From assembly GCA_051942205.1 (NCBI GenBank), contig JAVECO010000163.1, positions 1-53,232 on the forward strand: a stretch of DNA of 53,232 nt. Reading direction: 5' to 3'. The translations under genes and the position numbers were made by a program. The notes below the pieces were generated by a model, which had not been told where the DNA came from, did no database searches, and was given only the letters and a program-made list of their open reading frames with translations. The stretch's first letter is position 1. Each line of letters begins with the position of its first letter. Shown here one piece after another: positions 50,141 to 53,232 of the stretch. This stretch comes from Coniocarpon cinnabarinum. Lineage: Eukaryota.

Positions 50141-50430
50141 CTATCGCTCTAGGCGAAGCAGGTGCAGACTGGGAACATCGAGACGTGGATGGTCAGATAG
50201 CACAAGACGTCAGAGAAGCGTTGCAGACAGCATGCGTGTCATTCGAGACCAGCAACACGGCATTGATAGTGGCGGCCGGTACATCGTCATCCGGTGCGTC
50301 AATGGCGGCTCTCAGGGTCTGCCGCTTGGCGCTGATAGCCGGCGTGGTTATCTCAAGAGTTAGTAGGGGAGTTCGTGTGTGTGGTGAACATGCGGGCGCA
50401 ATGTGGGGAGAGCCAATGGGAGAGCCAATG
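50141..50430. promoter_or_regulatory. Permease upstream region with five HGATAR sites and two tandem CCAAT boxes
   Basis: CTATCG 50141, AGATAG 50195, TGATAG 50264, TGATAG 50333 and TTATCT 50348, plus the direct repeat GGAGAGCCAATG x2 at 50407-50430. Confidence 0.5.
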
Positions 50431-50880
50431 AGTCCCGCATGCATGCTCGAAGAGGAAGGTAAAGCTGTCACCGAAAGATGTCATAGCTGTATGTAGGTCT
50501 TTGGAAGCAACGACTTCACCCTCAATGACTTATATTCAAGCTTGCATTCTGTCACGAACAACGAGATCAGACGATCTTCATAATACAATGCAGCGACATT
50601 TCGTCCGCTATGCATCAGCCAATTGATGAGGTCTTGCGCAAAGCCCATAGTCTACTTGGCCTGACTGAAAACTTACCACTGATCTCTGAGCGTCCGATTC
50701 CACGGTCCGCTGTTAGCTTGTGATGGGCAACGCCAACAGCTTTGCAGTTGTCTTTGTGGAGGACAGTCTAAAACGTTATTAGAGTCACGAGAAGCCGCAG
50801 TGAAATCTGTTGCATGACGCGCTCCACCATTCTTCAAACTCATGGGCGCGCTGATGCGCATGCCTCAGTTGACACGTCTG

Positions 50881-50905
50881 CATTACATTGCATTGCATTG
50901 CATTG
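50881..50905. repeat. (CATTG)n microsatellite, 5 units (first is CATTA)
   Basis: cattacattgcattgcattgcattg. Confidence 0.9.
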
Positions 50906-53232
50906 CAGACCATGTCTGCGAGTCAGACAGATGTATGCTTCATGAAAGCGAAGAGGTAAAGGACAGCCCATGGGTAGCGTCACTGCCCTGAAGTGCAAGC
51001 TTTGTTCTTTGTTTGAAAGCGTTCCTCGTTGCCGATGAGAAGAACAGTGTGAGGCCTGCAATGCGTTCAGTGTGCCATGTTCGAATTAGTGCGAAACCTT
51101 TGAGTAGACTGCGAGGACCTTCAAATTTACATCTGGCATCTTTCCACCAATGGCGACAAGTCCCCGAAAGACTGTAGTGATTCAGTCGCTCTGTGTTAGC
51201 TTCTCATACACATCTTGTGGTAGTGGTGCCGAATCAAGGCGGCTGCAAACGCGTTGAGAAAATACAATGAAAAAGAAACAACACAAAAAAACACGACACA
51301 GACGGCATATCGCTCAGCGCATTGACGTGACGAAGTTGTTTTCCTCAGTTATTCCATTCTCCCTCCAAAATAAGCACACAAAGAAATCATGTGTTACACC
51401 CCTTGCATTTGAGTTACCAAGGTTGTCTGGGATAGTTAGATCGAGACCAGAGCGGGCCAGCCGTCTGAAACACGCTGACACACGTGTGCGCCTCACCGAC
51501 GTGGTCTCGATGCAGGACATCTCATTCCTTACTTCAGACGCTGCAAATAGCCTCAAGTTGCGAAGCTTCACTGCATGAACCAAATCGGCTCCTCGACTCT
51601 GCCTCCTAGGCCCTCTCAGCGGCCACTGTAAAGGTCCACATGCCGATCGTACTGACTGTCAGCAGAAGAGACGAGGAGAAGCCGGCTACAATCTGGTCTG
51701 TAGCGCACGCGGAATGCAGCAGGAAGACCAGGAGTCACGCCACAAATCCGTTGCTCGTGAGAAACCCCATGCGTATCATGTCTCAAGTAGCTGATCAGAT
51801 GAGCCCTGCGCAGCCTTTACCAATGGCGAACTGACTCAGCGGGCTGCGCGTGAAGCCGGCTACCATGACGATAGCCGTTGTCGACAAGACGCACTGCAGA
51901 CAATGGCTGCGGCTCAATGCCCCGAGAATGCGGACAACGGGGCGGCAAAGCCCCTGGCAATGGCGGTCGATCAAACGATGCACGCCAGAGCCGATGGCTG
52001 CCGCAGGACGAGCCACGGTACAGAGATGCAGGAGGACCGTCAAGAAATAGAGTTAAAGAGAAGGCTGGCGGGCATGATGGGGGATCTGGAGGAGCAGATG
52101 AGTCGCAGGAGCAGGCGGACCGGTGCAGTAAGGCACATGCCAGCTGCAACTTGCCCCCGGGCTGACTGCTCGACGGCGAGACGGGCAGACGCATGATGCG
52201 AGAGTCTCGTCACATACCTTAAGTGCAGTAAGGTAGAGCGTTAGTGAGATCCGGCCCTCTTCCCAACCACGGCACACGCAGAGTAGAGTGTCCGCACCCG
52301 ATGCTGCATCATCTCAACGTCGTCGCCGTCGGGGTTTGATTCTTCGCCCGGCGCTGGTCGTGACCCGAAGATGAGCCTGGACGACGCCAGATGCCCCAGC
52401 AGAGGAGCAGAGGTGGAGGTCGCTGGCGAGCAACACCAGGGCCGGGAATGCTCACTGCGCAGCGGGCGAGCGTGGGAGGAGCGAGAGGAGCAGCTAGTCC
52501 GAGCGCACAAGAGACGAGAAGAGACAAGAGGCCGCGGAAGTCGAGCAGGTGGCCGAGGGGAAGAGGCAGCGTGGGAGCTTGGGCCAGCCCCGCCGCCATC
52601 ACCACTGCCCCGATCGGGGAGGCAAGTGGCGGTGAGGCCCGCGCGGTGCAGCAAAGTACCTGCTCGTTGGTCGCCTCGTATCTCATGGTTGGTCGGTGGG
52701 GGGGCAGATGGGCGGAGATCGCTGCCCCAGACGCCTGTAATCAATACTTGGGCATCTGTGATCTTCTGTCATCCTCTCTCGCGATCCTCAGATGACGCCC
52801 CCTCCCCCCCGGCCTGCTCTCCGATGCGCTTGCACCGTCGCCGTGTCAGGGCGCCCGCCCCTCGAGCGCCAACTCCACGCGGCACTTCACCATCGTGGTC
52901 AGCCGACAAGGGGCAGGACGAGATGGGGTGCCATGCCACCCACGGCGAGGGATGGAGTACTCCAGCCTCCAGGTCCGCCGGCACTGGCAATGGAGAATCG
53001 ATACACCTGAAACAAGGAATCCCACGAACAGCTGTGGCCGCGCCGGCACGCTCATGCAAGCGGACCTTGACCACGGGCCAGTCCTTGGGGTGACCCACGC
53101 TGCCGGGTCGGGGTGGGCGTCGAGGGCGTTGACTTTCTGTTGAGTTGCATAAGGGTCACACAGCTTATCCGCAAGCAGCATCTGGACTCTGCCCGCGAGG
53201 GGCTTTAGCGCCGCCCGCGCGTCCAGTTGCCC

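Noticed and set aside
51800..53181. Several overlapping 100-240-aa ORFs on both strands
   Set aside because: The sequence is GC-rich with few stops, the products are Arg/Pro/Ser-rich, and there is no domain or coherent splice model.

Overview
Eukaryotic DNA from a filamentous ascomycete (Pezizomycotina, possibly Dothideomycete-like; not placeable further from sequence alone). Genes have short GT-AG introns (mostly 47-82 nt) with CTRAY branch points. I rebuilt spliced models by hand and checked that exon lengths sum to whole codons. The 2.4-31 kb block is dense housekeeping sequence: a MIT-domain protein, CSN3, a RED-like splicing factor, a C9orf78/Tls1-like splicing factor, proteasome beta5 (PRE2), RPN6, SOF1, the divergent galactofuranose pair (UDP-galactopyranose mutase plus UDP-Galf transporter), DPH5, a PTH11-like membrane protein and SPT3. 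The 31-48 kb block looks accessory: decayed intron-containing relics, degenerate tandem arrays, a PIN/NYN-type ribonuclease candidate, a CAP20/perilipin-like gene and an 832-aa uncharacterised protein. An intronless Dal5-type permease with a GATA-rich promoter follows. I found no rRNA, intact tRNA, CRISPR array or recognisable transposase. No clear new multi-gene system is demonstrated. The best candidate for something undescribed is the SPT3 intron architecture: long introns with nested and alternative splice units, including a possible intron inside a branch point, whose alternatives mostly create premature stops.
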